Positions 42,075 through 56,169 of a DNA stretch of 64,000 nucleotides are shown one piece after another. Position numbers and translations under genes: made by a program. Below the pieces are notes generated by a model. That model ran no database searches. It had not been told where the DNA came from and was given only the letters and a program-made list of their open reading frames with translations. Each line of letters begins with the position of its first letter. Position 1 is the stretch's first letter. Location of the stretch: positions 32,054,001 through 32,118,000 of the forward strand of contig OX597818.1 of NCBI GenBank assembly GCA_951406725.2, in the 5' to 3' direction. The DNA is from Octopus vulgaris. Taxonomy: Eukaryota.

Positions 42075-42870
42075 TTTTAGCCTGAAATTTTGGTGAGAGG
42101 GAATTTTGTCGACTACATCAGTCTCCTTGGTACTCAATTTATTGACCCTGAAAGGATAAAAGCAAAGCAGACCTTGGTAGGATTCGAACTTAGATCGCGA
42201 AGACTTAATAAACACCGTTAAGCATTTTGTCTGGGGTGCAAACAATTCTGGCAGTCCACCATCCTCACTGATAATAAAATGGTTTCAATTTTTGGCACAA
42301 GGTCAGCAGTGTCTGAGGATGGGGTAAGTCGCTTACTTCGACCCTAGTACTCGACAGGTACTTATTTTATCGATAGTCAAGGGATGAAAAGCAGCGGAAT
42401 TTGAACTCAGGAAGTAAAGACGGAAGAAATGCCGCTAAGCAAAAAATTCTTTCTTTATTTCCCAAAAGGGGCTAAACACAGAGGGGACAAACAAGGACAG
42501 ACAAAGGGATTAAGTCGATTACATCGACCGCAGTGCGTAACTGGTACTTATTTAATCGACCCCGAAAGGATGAAAGGCAAAGTCGACCTCGGCGGAATTT
42601 GAACTCAGAACGTAGCGGCAGACGATATACCTATTTCTATTTCTTTACTACCCACAAGGGGCTAAACACAGAGAGGACAAACAAGGACAGACAAACGGAT
42701 TAAGTCGATTATATCGACACCAGTGCGTAGCTGGTACTTATTTAATCGACTCCGAAAGGATGAAAGGCAAAGTCGACCTCGGCGGAATTTGAACTCAGAA
42801 CGTAGCGGCAGACGAAATACGGCTACGCATTTCGCCCGGCGTGCTAAAGTTTCTGCCAGCTCGCCGCCTT
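42075..42870 (-). mobile_element. Four tandem or nested SINE B copies (about 42075-42270, 42278-42440, 42447-42630, 42632-42870)
   Basis: Four repeats of the family B core. The last two are near-identical and carry the gtttgtcc.ctctgtgtttagcccct tail. Confidence 0.9.
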
Positions 42871-43381
42871 CATGATAATACTAGCAATGAAAGGATTGAA
42901 AGAATGGAAAACAGTGAGTAAAAGAGGAAACAAAAACACAACAGAAACCAAAATCAAATCCCTCCTAAACGATACGGAGAGATAACATCTGGCTACACAA
43001 TCAAATCACCTCAACCCTCACCCTTAACAGAGCCCCTCCCTCCCTGCTGAAGAATAGGAAATCTTTATAAAAAGTAAATAAACGAATAAAACAGAACAAC
43101 GACTTACGTTGCAAATAGAATTCAAAATATGATATTGATCCACAAATGGGAAACGATTGAAAACGAAAACGTTAAAGAATGAATAGGAAGAAGAAGAAAA
43201 AAAAGAGAACTCTTGAAAATGGTCCAAATTGATTGTACATTATAGAGATTGGGGTCAAGAGAAAAGGGCTCTACGCTTCTGAGTTCAATTTCAGACCCGT
43301 TAACAGGTTAAAATGTTAAATGCAAAAGATAAAATTCGGGGAACCCGACTGCCTGTATTATTAATCTTATTATTATTATTA

Positions 43382-43433
<52 letters not shown>

Positions 43434-43526
43434 TTATTATTATTATTATTATTATTAATATTATTATTATTATTATTATTATTATAACTTTTATTACTAT
43501 TATTATTATTGTTATTATTGTTATTA

Positions 43527-43585
<59 letters not shown>

Positions 43586-43586
43586 T

Positions 43587-43646
<60 letters not shown>

Positions 43647-43839
43647 AGGATGATGATAGTGATAATTTCTATTGTTGGCACAATAGTACAAGCACAGAAA
43701 GATCTGTTAGTGTTCATGCGTGTGCGTATTTACATTTTTGCTTATATATTTCAATTTTGTTTTAACTTTATTTTTTATCTTTCTTAATATAAGTGCATAT
43801 AATGTGTATATGTATATTTATATATAATTATATGCATAC

Positions 43840-43880
<41 letters not shown>

Positions 43881-44092
43881 TAAGCACGTATACTATACTA
43901 TACACATGTATGTAAATTAAAAAAATAGCTCCTCTATATCTCCAAATTCATCAAAGTTTTAATGTATATGCATATATGTATGTGTGCGTATGTTTGTGCG
44001 TATATGCATATATATATATATATATGTATGTATATGTATTAATATGTATGCATGTATACAGACACACAAACACACAACGCACATACACACAT

Positions 44093-44141
44093 CTCTCAAA
44101 CTGTCCAACCAATGCCAGTATGGAAAACGGACGTTAAAAGA

Positions 44142-44146
<5 letters not shown>
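44093..44146 (+). mobile_element. Possible short retroposon tail fragment
   Basis: caaactgtccaaccaatgccagtatggaaaacggacgttaaaagatgat between microsatellites. Single copy here. Confidence 0.35.
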
Positions 44147-44227
<81 letters not shown>

Positions 44228-44347
44228 TTATTAATCAATATAGGGTAGCAAAAAATTCAGCAGAAATTATTTTGCCACCAGCGGTCTAGTGAGAAAAAGG
44301 AAATAGTCAGAGACTATTAATAAATTCAACAACAAATTAATTTGTTG

Positions 44348-44407
<60 letters not shown>

Positions 44408-44414
44408 TTATATA

Positions 44415-45625
44415 CGGGGGTGTAAGATATTTCAGGACAGATTTATGTTTATAAAAAAAAAAGAAGGAGATATATTATAACAGATAATAACTTTATTCAT
44501 CAAAAAATGCTATGAGGATAAAAATAAACCTTCTTTTCTATAATGTTATTCAATAAAGCCACCTTCAGCTTCAATAACTGCTTCTATATGAGATTGAAAT
44601 CATCTACATGTTCAAATCAAGTGGTCCTGGTTTACTTTGGATATTACTCTGACTATGGCAACTTTCAAAGTATCTTTGGTGTTATGGCCGTGTTCGTTGA
44701 CATCCTTCTCAACGCTCCGCGTGTAATAATCCAACGGATTGAGATCTGGGGTTGGTGATCATGAACATTTTCAGCCAGCCATTCCTGTGTAACTAGAGCC
44801 ATACTGAAACACATATGGCCTTTCATTGCATACACTGTCTATCCAGGGCTTAACAATTACTTCCAGGACTTCAACGTAGGCGTCAGAGTTAACTCTAAGG
44901 CCTTGTAGAAAGAAGTAAAGAGGCATCACATGTCCTTAATTGCTGACAACCCCTAAAACCATGACAGTTGCAGGAAATTTTGTATGCATAACACCTAGAA
45001 CTTCAGAAGGGTCTGCACATTACCATCTGTCATTTCTTCTGTTAACTTTGTGATCATGGTCGAAGTTTTTTTACTCGTTTGAGAAAAACCAAATCAAATC
45101 TTCTACTGGATTTTTCAGTTTGTTTAAGACCCTTTTAGATCTGATGTAGTGATTATTTTTTGGCTTTTTCTGACAAATTGACCTTTCCTCATCATATAAG
45201 ACTTATTTGATATCTCCGTGCACATTTCTGACTGTTCCTTCTGACACATGGCGATCTTTTGCAATTGACCTCATAGACTTTCTCGGATTGTAATCAATGG
45301 TCTGTTGAACTTGCTGGATAAATGATGATTTCAGAGCGTTTAGAATGCTTTTTTATACTTTGATACTCGTGGCACGTTTCCATCTTCAGTCTCTAGCTCC
45401 TTACAAACTTTGTAGACGAGAGATATGGCAACTTTTAAAAATCGAAATATTTCTAAATCGCAATGCTCAGCCTTTATAACCACAATAACAGCATACCACT
45501 TCATTTCTTGAGTAAGCTGATTGTCTGGCATTATTATTTTCTGAAACAAAGATTATATAGAATTATCAAAAAAATGCAGGAATGATCCAAAAGATGATAT
45601 GTCCTCAAATACCTTACACACCCTG
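44415..45625 (-). mobile_element. Tc1/mariner superfamily transposon fossil, maT (DD37D)-like
   Basis: TA flanks; about 26-bp TIRs cgggggtgtaagatatttcaggaca / tgtcctcaaataccttacacaccctg. Minus-strand remnants WFFSNE*KNFDHDHKVNRRNDRW, RPYVFQ and PDLNPLDYY. Confidence 0.88.
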
Positions 45626-45765
45626 TATATATATGTATATATGTATATATATACCAGAATAAGCACATAAATGTGAAACAAGAACAGGGTAGGAAAAAGT
45701 AGTGCTCGAATACTGAAGTAGTTATTATAAACAAAGCAAAAACATCACAAAAATATCATTAAAAA

Positions 45766-45844
45766 CTGCTACTCAAAGTTTTACGTTCCCGTTCGTCCGG
45801 CAGATGTGATCCGACGAAGGGGAAATTGAAACTCTGAGTCGCAG
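45766..45844. ncRNA. Back-to-back inverted pair of decayed minimal hammerhead motifs
   Basis: Minus 45766-45803: ctgc-cggacga-acg-ggaa-cgt-aaaa-ctttgag-ta-gcag. Plus 45811-45844: ccgacga-aggggaaatt-gaaa-ctctgag-tc-gcag. Confidence 0.55.
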
Positions 45845-45895
45845 TTTTATGCTCATATATATATATACATACATATGTGTCTGTGTGTGTGTGTA

Positions 45896-45963
<68 letters not shown>

Positions 45964-46136
45964 TATATACGAGAGAGTGGACAAGCGAAAGAAGATTACT
46001 CAACAAATTTATTGGAATACGCTTGACTCTCAAGAGTACCAACGAATTTTAATCAAACTGTTTTGATACATATAAATATTTTTTGGAGTGATTCCACGTG
46101 TTTTTGTTTTTACATTTTTACTTTATCTATCTACTC

Positions 46137-46172
<36 letters not shown>

Positions 46173-46627
46173 ATATATATATATATATACATATATATAT
46201 GATAACAGTAGCAACAACAGCAGCATGAACGACAATACAGCAACAACAACGATATAAAGCAACAGAAAATGGAGCTATTGACTGAATCTCAGTTTTTGAT
46301 AGATTTCTCGTATTTGGGTTTCTGCTATGTTAAATCGATCTTTCCGATGTGACCTTTTTTATCAATCTATGTATTGCGACAGATATAATGACACTTACTG
46401 GTAGAGTCAAGTATGTGGTTTTAATGTTGGGAAATTACTTGCAATGCAATATATAATCTTGCATTCATAGGAATATACATCAATATATGTGCATCAATAT
46501 TATGAGTTATGGGAAATCAATATTAAACACAGTACTTTTTCAATTATTCGGTAGAAGCTACAAGGTGACTCAAGGGTCGCGGGTTTCGTGAATTGGCTTT
46601 TATCAAACATAGCATCTTTTATATTTT

Positions 46628-47052
46628 GTCTTTTGCTTGTTTCAATCATTAGACTGCGACCATGCTGGGGCAATTGCCTTCAAGAAAACTTAGGCGAATG
46701 TATCGACCACAGAACTTTTTTTTTTCTAAAGCCTAGAACTTTTGCCGAGCCGCTAGATTACGGGGGACAGCAACACACCAGCATCGATTATCAGGGCAAA
46801 TATGTGGGAGGGCAAATATAAACACAGACACCCACACGCGCGCACACGCATACGCACACACACACACACACACACACATATATACATATATATACGACAA
46901 GATTATTTCAGTTTCCGCCTACCAAATCTATTCACAAGGATTTTCTCAGCCCGAGTCTATAATAAAATACACTTGCCCAAGATGCCACGCAGTGGAACCG
47001 AACCCCGAAACATGTCGTTGGGAAGCAAGCTTCTTACCACTCAGCCACGCCA
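46628..47052 (-). mobile_element. SINE family A, diverged
   Basis: cacttgcccaagatgccacgcagtggaaccgaaccc...cttcttaccactcagccacgcc. Confidence 0.82.
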
Positions 47053-47262
47053 ATTAAATACAAGAAACGTTGTCCTCACTGCGCCGCACTTTAGGCGAAT
47101 GTTTTCTACTATAGCACCAGGCGAGGAAGCCCTCGTTATGCTGAACGTGAAAAGCATTCTCTATTTGATTTACTGTTAGGGCATATGTAAAGAGTTTGCA
47201 AACTATAGCCTGTCCTCTTATATATATATACTTACATCTATTTGCACACACATATGCACGTA

Positions 47263-47600
47263 TGTAGTGGTTGTCTACCCCTTATGCAGAATTTTACCAC
47301 CTCCTGTACCTACACGTTAGGTCCATCTTGGCGTCTGATGTGCCTTTTTAAACCAGACAATGTATTGAAAAGACACCCACATAGATTGCATATCCGATTT
47401 GAACCACCAAAAGCTGCAGTTAAGTTATGATCTTTGTGGATCTTAAAATGTCTATTGAGGCTTCCGTTAGATCCGCAGATCTCATGGCATATATGGCATT
47501 GAAAGGTGTGTACAGGCATTTAGGCAGAATAGTTGGTGGAAGTTCGTTTTTCATGGGTCCGCAAATGAGATTTGAGCCCAGCGAAAGAAAGACATGAATC
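47263..47600 (-). mobile_element. RTE-like LINE 3' end with tandem C2H2 fingers
   Basis: SCLSFAGLKSHLRTH, CHICHEICGSNGSLNRHFKIH and CNLCGCLFNTLSGLKRHIR. Same layout as 35183-35500. Confidence 0.68.
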
Positions 47601-47853
47601 TAATCACATATGTATATGTATATATAACACATACATACACACATATACAATCACACACAGAAAAATGTCGTTGAACCTGCATGTCATCGCTCGATCCGCT
47701 ATAAACATCAACAAAATCAACTTATAATCGCTCCCTGCCATGGTTTCTGTCATTGAAGATGTTATATAAAGGAGAGCTGTTCACAATTTTTCTCCGTATT
47801 TAAATAAGTTTGATTTCACAAGTGTCTGCGGTAAATTTAGATTTACTCTAGAA

Positions 47854-48147
47854 CAGTGCTACTCAAAGTGATTGTCCGCGGACCGGTGCCGGTCCGCGAG
47901 CCATCAGCTGCCGGTACTCGGCGAGTTTCCAGAAAAGAAAGGAACATTATAAAATGCTTATGTAATATTACGTTATTTGTTTACAAAATAAATATAAGAT
48001 AAAAAGAATTTTCAACTTTTATAATATTCATTATATATATTGTTTCCGGTATAAATTAATATTACTAAGAAATATTATCGGTTATTGGCACATTGGAAAA
48101 AAGAAAAAACTGTCGGTACGCCACGTCAGATAGTTTGAGAAGCACTG
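47854..48147 (+). mobile_element. hAT (Charlie/Buster-like) MITE
   Basis: TIRs cagtgctactcaaa / tttgagaagcactg. 8-bp TSD ctctagaa / ctctagag fits the NTCTAGAN target. Confidence 0.92.
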
Positions 48148-48562
48148 CTCTAGAGTAGATTATACCGCCTAAGTACATACTGTATGTTTGTCGTTTACTG
48201 TCAGTAAAGCACTTACCAAACTTGAGAGCAGCATGCGACATCCATGCAAATTGGATTTTATTTGGATTAAACCCAAGATGGAACAAAATCCCACTGTTTG
48301 ATTAATTCAAACAAGTTACAAGAATCTTGGGAAAACAGACCAGAAGACATTTTAGCCGTACATCTACTTCAGACACTATGTGTAGAGTAGACGCCCCCAG
48401 ACGATGAAGCAGACTAGCCCAATACGTAGATATAGAAGGAGAAGTCTAGAAGTCGAGAGAGTAAAGTAGAGAAGAGAAGTAGAGACTAGAACAGAGTAGC
48501 AGTTTGAGGAGAGTTGAGTAGCTGTCATCCGAACGTGCAACATAACACTATGTTACTTCATA

Positions 48563-48797
48563 ATAAGGCGGCGAGCTTGCAGAAACGTTAGCACGCCGGG
48601 CGAAATGCGTAGCCGTATTTCGTCTGCCGTTACGTTCTGAGTACAAATTCTGCCGAGGTCGACTTTGTCTTTCCTCCTTTCGGGGTCGATAAATTAAGTA
48701 CCAGTTACGCACTGGGGTCGATGTAATCGACTTAATTCGTTTGTCTATCCTTGTTTGTCCCCTCTGTGTTTAGCCCCTTGTGGGCAGTAAAGAAATA
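48563..48797 (+). mobile_element. SINE family B, full length, with 14-bp TSD
   Basis: TSD tatgttacttcata at 48549-48562 and 48798-48811. Tail gtttagccccttgtgggcagtaaagaaata. Confidence 0.95.
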
Positions 48798-49211
48798 TAT
48801 GTTACTTCATATTTTGGATTCAATTTTAAGTATATACCATCTCAGTGCAAGTGTCTGGTCTGTACTCAATCACTTCGAAATTAAAAAAAAAAACAGAAAT
48901 GCTTGGAAATATGATCAAAGACTTAAACATTGTGCTCCTTGCATTGTAAAAGACTAGGTAAACGTTTTTCTCTTTTAAATACAAGGTATTTTCGACTGAG
49001 GTCAGGATCAGGAGGCTTTCCATTACGAAGAGAAACGATAATTAATGCAGCTGCTACATGACATGAATTAAATAGAATAGAGTTGTTCTCATTAGAAAAA
49101 GAATATAAGTTTTGTTTTTCCAAGAATATAGACGTCTATGTGTAACGATGTGCGTGCATCAATAAATATATATGTAACTACTAAGTAGAAACATATATAC
49201 GAAAGGCAAAG

Positions 49212-49361
49212 TCGCCGAGGTCGACTTTGCCTTTCATCCTTTCGGGGTCGATAAATTAAGTACCAGTTACGCACTGGGGTCGAGCTAATCGACTAAATCC
49301 CTTTGTCTGTCCTTGTTTGTCCCCTGTATGTTTAGCCCCTTGTGGGCAATAAAGAAATAAG
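49212..49361 (+). mobile_element. SINE family B, 5'-truncated with a short 5' inversion
   Basis: gccgaggtcgactttgcctttc..., preceded by the inverted gaaaggcaaagtcg (49201-49214). Confidence 0.88.
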
Positions 49362-49512
49362 AAAAATATATACGAACATATGTATGCCTACGTGAACCAG
49401 TTTGTGTATACATACATATATATATATACACATGCATGCACAAAAACGCACACACACACACAGATACACACAAACACACACACACAAACACAAGCACATA
49501 CACAAACACAAA

Positions 49513-49750
49513 CACATACACACACACACACACATAGTTCAAGTTTAGAGAAAACAAAAGACGAAACAGGCGAGAGAACAACAAGCAAGTGTATTAGTTT
49601 GACGCTCGGGAAGAATGGAAAATTCTTTGACGTTTCGATCCTACGCTCTTCGTTCGACAGAAAGGGTGGAGGGGGAAAAACTGGAGAGAGAGAGAGTGAA
49701 TAAACACGACAGCGAGAGAAAAAATGTGTAAGGATTAATGGTTCAGCATG
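49513..49750 (-). mobile_element. PLE terminal-repeat-like fragment with hammerhead-like motif (49625-49664)
   Basis: Minus strand cttt-ctgtcga-a(cgaa)-gagc-gtag-gatc-GAAA-cgt-c-aaag. Downstream cccgagcgtcaaactaatacacttgcttgttg matches 53413-53440. Confidence 0.68.
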
Positions 49751-49912
49751 AAGATGATGATGATGATGATGATGATACATACACACACATATATATGTAT
49801 CTTCACATACGCGAATGTGTGATATTTGAAATTTAATATAAGTGCAGTACTACGCTTGAGAGAAAACCTAACACATGCATACATATACATACATACATAT
49901 TCATATATATAT

Positions 49913-50006
<94 letters not shown>

Positions 50007-50015
50007 TATATAATA

Positions 50016-50057
<42 letters not shown>

Positions 50058-50063
50058 CATATA

Positions 50064-50096
<33 letters not shown>

Positions 50097-51152
50097 CACG
50101 CATAAACACACAGAGCTATATATATATATATATAGTTCGCCCTGAAGCATAGAATACATTTTTGTATCCACACACTATTACACACACGTATAAGCTTATA
50201 CACAAATGTCGTTGGAATCGGATATGAGCAGATGTACATATGTACATTGAGATAGATGTGCACACATGCAAGAATCTACATAATCCGATGACAATGTACA
50301 AATATTTGGTGAGAGATTTTAAGGGAAATGAGTGCGAATAAACTAATATACATACATATGTCTATGTACCTGGGTGTAAAAGTGCGTATGCATTTATTAG
50401 TAGCAATCATTGTATGTATTTTAGTTTTCTTTGTATGTGTTTGTCTGTGTTTGTATGTGTTCGTATAGTTGTATGTTTCTGTCTATTAATCCTGGCATCT
50501 GAGTGATAAATGTGTTTGTTTGTGCACATACGTATGTATGTATGTATGTATGTATGTATGTATGTATGTATGTATGTATGTATATATATGTATGTATGCA
50601 TGTATGTATGTATGTAGGTATGTATGTATGTATTTATGCATGTATGTATGTATGTATGTATGTATGTAGGTATGTATGTATGTATGTATGTAGGTATGTA
50701 TGTATGTATTTATGCATGTATGTATGTATCTATGTATGTATGTATGCATGTATGTATGTATGTATGTAGGTATGTATGTATGTATTTATGCATGTATGTA
50801 TGTATGTATGTATGTATGTATGCGCATGTATATATATTATATTATATCATATATACATATACATACGTCTATATTATACATATACACTACTACACTTATA
50901 TATATCTATATATATATATAAATGTATACATATGATTATATGTGTATTTGCATGTATATATAATTATATATATACATATATATTTATATACATACATACA
51001 TACGCACACAGACATGTATGTATATATATATAAATAAATATATACAAATATACGTATATACATACGTACGTACACATATATGTGTGTTTGTGCGTGGATT
51101 TATGTTTATATACGCACACATATGTACTTGTATATTTGTATTTATATAGGAA

Positions 51153-51188
<36 letters not shown>

Positions 51189-51418
51189 GTGTGTGTGTGT
51201 GTATATATATGTGTGTGATGTGAGTGTGTTTGTGCGCGTGTAAGGCATTATATATTGCTTCCTTTCTGCCTTGTTTGGCGTAGTTTGCGCACAAATTCCT
51301 CTCAATTCTAGATATGAGGTAAAATTCCATACATGCCACTTTTTCTCACTCCAGCAAATTTGATTGATGAAAACATTAAGTAAATCTTGCCTGCAAATTT
51401 AGCTGAAAGCAACGTATT

Positions 51419-51476
<58 letters not shown>

Positions 51477-52179
51477 CTGTGATATTATGAGGTATCCCCT
51501 TATTGAAAGATGTTGCCAACACTTTCTTGTTCATCAATCTGATTTCCATTTCATGTTTTTCTTATCAATGCAAGTTTGGGCCGTCAATGAAATTCAGAGA
51601 CCATGCTTTTCAAATGTGTTGTACCTATTTGATGAAGTGACTTGGCGGCACACTGTGAGATACGGAGTTAGCTCTTTTACACAAACACACGCGCACACAC
51701 ACACTTACACGCGTACACACGCATCCATTCATCTATCCATCCATCCATATATAAATATATACACACATACATACATGTTTCTGTATTTGTAAACATACAT
51801 TCGTATGTAAATATGTACGTATAAATATTCATATTTACTGTAGCTTCGTAGCTATACATTTACATATACCAACATATACGAAAGGGTAAATACATATATA
51901 TATATAAGTGTGTGTGTGTGTGTGTAGATATATATATATATACATATATACATACATATATACATAAATATATATGTGCCATACACATACAAGCACACGC
52001 ATACACACAGATATATTACTACATATGAATACATGAACGGGTCTTATCTATACAACTATCTACAAGTTTCTTACAAGTCTACGTTCATAAATGCATACAA
52101 AAACATGCGTGCATTAATACATACATACCTGTGGGTGTATGTAAATAAATTTTTGCGTATGTGTATATAAATACATACA

Positions 52180-52232
<53 letters not shown>

Positions 52233-52259
52233 AATATACATGTATATATATGTATATAA

Positions 52260-53480
52260 ATAGGAAAGGAAAAATTATAAAAAGGCAGAATGCTAAATTG
52301 AAGGTAAATTTTAATAAAAATGGGTGTATAGAAAATTCAAAAAATAATAACTCTAAACGGTTTTCATCGCAAAGCAAATTTTCAAAATTTGAAAGGGGAA
52401 AAGAATTTTTTTTTAAATTGAGGAAGGGGAAAAAAGAAATTTACAATGTTTTTTCAAAATAATAATGATAAACATTCAAAAATTTTAAAAATAAGTATAC
52501 CGATGCTTTGTACAGTCTTTATGTTTTTTGAGTTCATTAAGAGTCCTTGGAAAAATTTCTTTGGAGAATTAAGATCCACGAGATTAAACGTGGTGCTTAG
52601 TTTAAGGTGATTGTTAAATGAATGTCAAAACAGGAAATGGGGTAGAAGTTATCCAGTTCCTGTGAGTAAGGGGAGACAACTCTATGGATCTTATGCTCTT
52701 CAATTGGGATTATCAATCTTTTGTCAGATAGGATGTTAGAAAAAAGGAGTATGGTCATCGTGGAGTTGGCATATTAAGATGCGTTTGGAATTTTTCAATA
52801 AAAAGATTCTCCTTGTTGATTCTTTCTTGAGTAGTGATTCCATCTTTACATTAGTAGAAGGGGAATATGTGAAATTTAGGATTTTTGTGTCTAGCGCACG
52901 AGACTATGTGGTACTTAGTGGAATTTGACAGTATTCTGGGAGATTTATCTGTTCTTTATGGACCGCTACTCTTTTACGTAAAGGGAGGCTCGTTTGTCCA
53001 GTATAATTGTGTTGGCAACCGGCGCATATGAGAACGTAGATGAGGTTCTCGGAGGAACAGGAAAAGTTGGTCTTCATTTTAAACTTGTTCCTTGTTTGAA
53101 AGTATTTCTTTTCCCCTTTCAAATCTTGAAAATTTGCTTTACGATGAAAACCGGTTAGAGTTACTACTTTTTTAATTCTCCACACACCCATTTTTATTAA
53201 AATTTACCTTCAATTTAGAATTCTGCCTTTTTATAATTTTTCCTCTCCTATCATTTCTCCACGTGCGGCCAACACAACCCCACCATTTATTGATTTGTAT
53301 ATATATCCACCATGCTGGACCCTACAAGTTTTTTTTCATTCTCTTTTTATTTTCTCTTATTCTTTACTGTTGAAGAGCATAAGCTCGAAACGTAAAAGAT
53401 TCTTTTATTTTTCCCGAGTGTCAAACTAATACGCTTGTTGTTCAAACACCTGTTTTCGTCTTTTACTTTTCTCTAAATTT

Positions 53481-53488
<8 letters not shown>
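52260..53488 (-). mobile_element. 5'-truncated Penelope-like element; GIY-YIG remnant (about 52775-53100), 3' UTR and inverted terminal repeat
   Basis: FSCSSENLIYVLICAGCQHNYTGQT..LRKRVAVH and (frameshift) HIVSCA..FHIFPFY..RINKENLFIEKFQTHLN. 52260-52408 is the reverse complement of about 53105-53251. Flanked by (TA)n. Confidence 0.9.
53361..53399 (+). ncRNA. Minimal hammerhead-like motif with CUGUUGA core in the PLE inverted terminal repeat
   Basis: tcttt(a)-CTGTTGA-a-gagc-ataa-gctc-GAAA-cgt-a-aaaga. Confidence 0.62.
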
Positions 53489-53541
<53 letters not shown>

Positions 53542-54589
53542 GCATCTACGCAAATATGTGTGCATATATGTTCATATCCATGTACATACAAGCAGACAGA
53601 CACAGACACCGCACATACACACATATTCATATATGGTACCTTAGTTCAGCAAGAAATACTACCCCTCCCACACACACGCACACAAAATTAGAAAAAGAAA
53701 AGTAAGATGAATGGAGCAGATTGAAATATCCCAATTTTAATTTAATACATCATGTAAAAACTCATTTCGTAAAATCTCTCTCATCAACTTGGCGGATCCA
53801 AGGCATACACGGAGGTGTCTGCATGCTAGAATCGGGTGGATCTCGACAACATCATTTAATGCGCTCTCAACAGCAACCTCCACCTAGTCCCTGAGTGCTG
53901 TTACCCTGTTTTCCTACTCACGACGCTCTTGGCTAGAGACATGAGAATATCGCTTCCTTTCTCAAACTGTCTCAAGCCGAAATTTATTCACAAATGCAAT
54001 TAGTACATTTGAAATAGAAATCAGAAACTCGGTGCAAGCTGTTATACTACATTAAGTGGTCTCCCTTTAATTTATCGGAGGTGTTCCTACATTAAAGGCC
54101 TCGCTACATTTTATGTCAACGGAGAAAGATGGATAGCTTGACAGCAGAAACTCCTAATATTTCTCCTAACATTTATAATTTTTAAACAGTAGATATACCT
54201 GCATTAAATCAGACTGTCCAGTATATTCAATGTTGCACATAATTTGAAAATTAACTAGGTTACCAACCAATGTTTGGTTATGAAAATTAGAATAGTCATT
54301 TCCAGCACGTTTGGGTTTGTATTTGATATAAACAGCTATAAGCTACCGGTATCTCCATAGAAACATAATAAGCGTGCATTGTATCTGACGAATCTCCAAA
54401 GAAAAAACTAGTCAGAACGATCCCAATGATTTTAATGTAATCAAATATTTATATAAACATTTGATTACATTTCACGGTGTGCTTATAGTTTATGATTGCA
54501 AGAATGTTTACATTCTGAAGAGTATTATTGAAACGGCTGTAATATCGCCTTGTAAATGCAGATATCAAAGGAAAGAAGAACTTACTATG

Positions 54590-54684
<95 letters not shown>

Positions 54685-56169
54685 GTATGAATGTATCTGT
54701 TCAGTCAAAACATACAGACGAAGTGTGTTCCAAATATTCTAAAACCATCACGCTGAAAATAACTTGACAGTACGAAAAGAACACTTCAGTTTTATTTTTA
54801 TATCACAGTCAGGCTGAAAACTTTATGTATGTATATATATATGTATACACACACACACATACACACGCACACAATGAATGTACGTATACATATGTATATA
54901 CGCGTGTGTACGTGTAGATAGATTTGCACACACATATGTGCATGTGTTTGTTCGTCTGTATCTACACATCTGTTGATCTTGATATTCATATTAATACAAC
55001 ATACTTTTCATTCATGTGTCTATATTTATGTACTGATAGTTAGATAAGGTAGATTTTGCACTGAGTGATTCATGGTTTGAGAGATTTTTATATGGAACAA
55101 TATTGTGGTGTTTATTTCGTTCTCACTCTCTTTTTTTTTCTCTTTATTTTATTTTTTTTTCTTTAAGTAGATAGATCCAGAATTATATTTTGAATAGCTT
55201 ACTTCTGTAGCTAAGTAACAACAGTAAGAAGAAGAAAACAAAATGAATAATAAGAAAGTGACAATCCTTTAAAAAAAATTTGATATGGTATGAAGCCATA
55301 CAACGGTCCGAAACTTGTAGCACATCCTTGCGGACATGCGTGCGTACGTACATACATACATACATGCATACATACATACATACATACATACATACTCACA
55401 TACATACATGTGTGCGCACACACACACATACACACATACATGCATACATATATAACTGCGTGCATACACACACACATATACATGTATACAAACATACATA
55501 CATACATGCGTGCGCGCACACACACACACACACACATACACACATACATGCATACATACATAACTACGTGCATACACATACATATACATGTATACAAACA
55601 TACATACATACATACATACATACATACATACATACATACATACAGACAGACATACATACTTATAGACATACATACATACATACATACATACATACATACA
55701 ATAAGGTACAGCTATACATATACCTGTTTATGCTGTTGATGTTAATGGTCCTGCTCTTTCTCTACACATAGATACGACTGTACGCTACGTGTACAGAACA
55801 ACTGGTTGAAATGACGTGTGTGTGCATGTGAGTGAATCAGTGTGAGTGTGTATCTGTGTAAGTGTGTGTGTGTGTGTATGTGCGTGCGTATGTGTGCTTG
55901 TATTGGACTTTATTTTAAGTTTTGTCTTTACTTCGAAGTATTCGATCCGTTACTGACAAAGCAAAAATTGTTTGTCTAAATCACAGCCGCCATTGGGATT
56001 TGCGACGTTTTGGATTAGTTGACGTTCGTCAACCAATCCAGGTATCCAAGTACGTGTGTACTTTGTGAGTCGGTGTGTGTGTGTGTAGATGAACCTGCAC
56101 TGATGGGCATGGCTAGCACTGTATAATATAAATACATGTTTCATTACTATTTATATACACGGGTTCAAA

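Noticed and set aside
47310-47519. Host C2H2 zinc-finger gene exon
   Set aside because: There is an upstream in-frame stop, no TGEKP linkers, the last finger lacks its second His, and a retroposon-like tail follows.
53750-54000. GC-richer unique stretches as host exons (also about 22090-22320, 26250-26330, 30840-31060, 51490-51680)
   Set aside because: I found no recognisable peptide or convincing splice-site pair. Small exons or enhancers cannot be excluded without RNA-seq or alignments.
54381-54545. Two further hammerhead-like strings (ctgacga...aaaactagtc and ctgaaga...gaaacggctgta)
   Set aside because: Core words are present but stems I and II pair poorly. They may be very old copies and are not counted.
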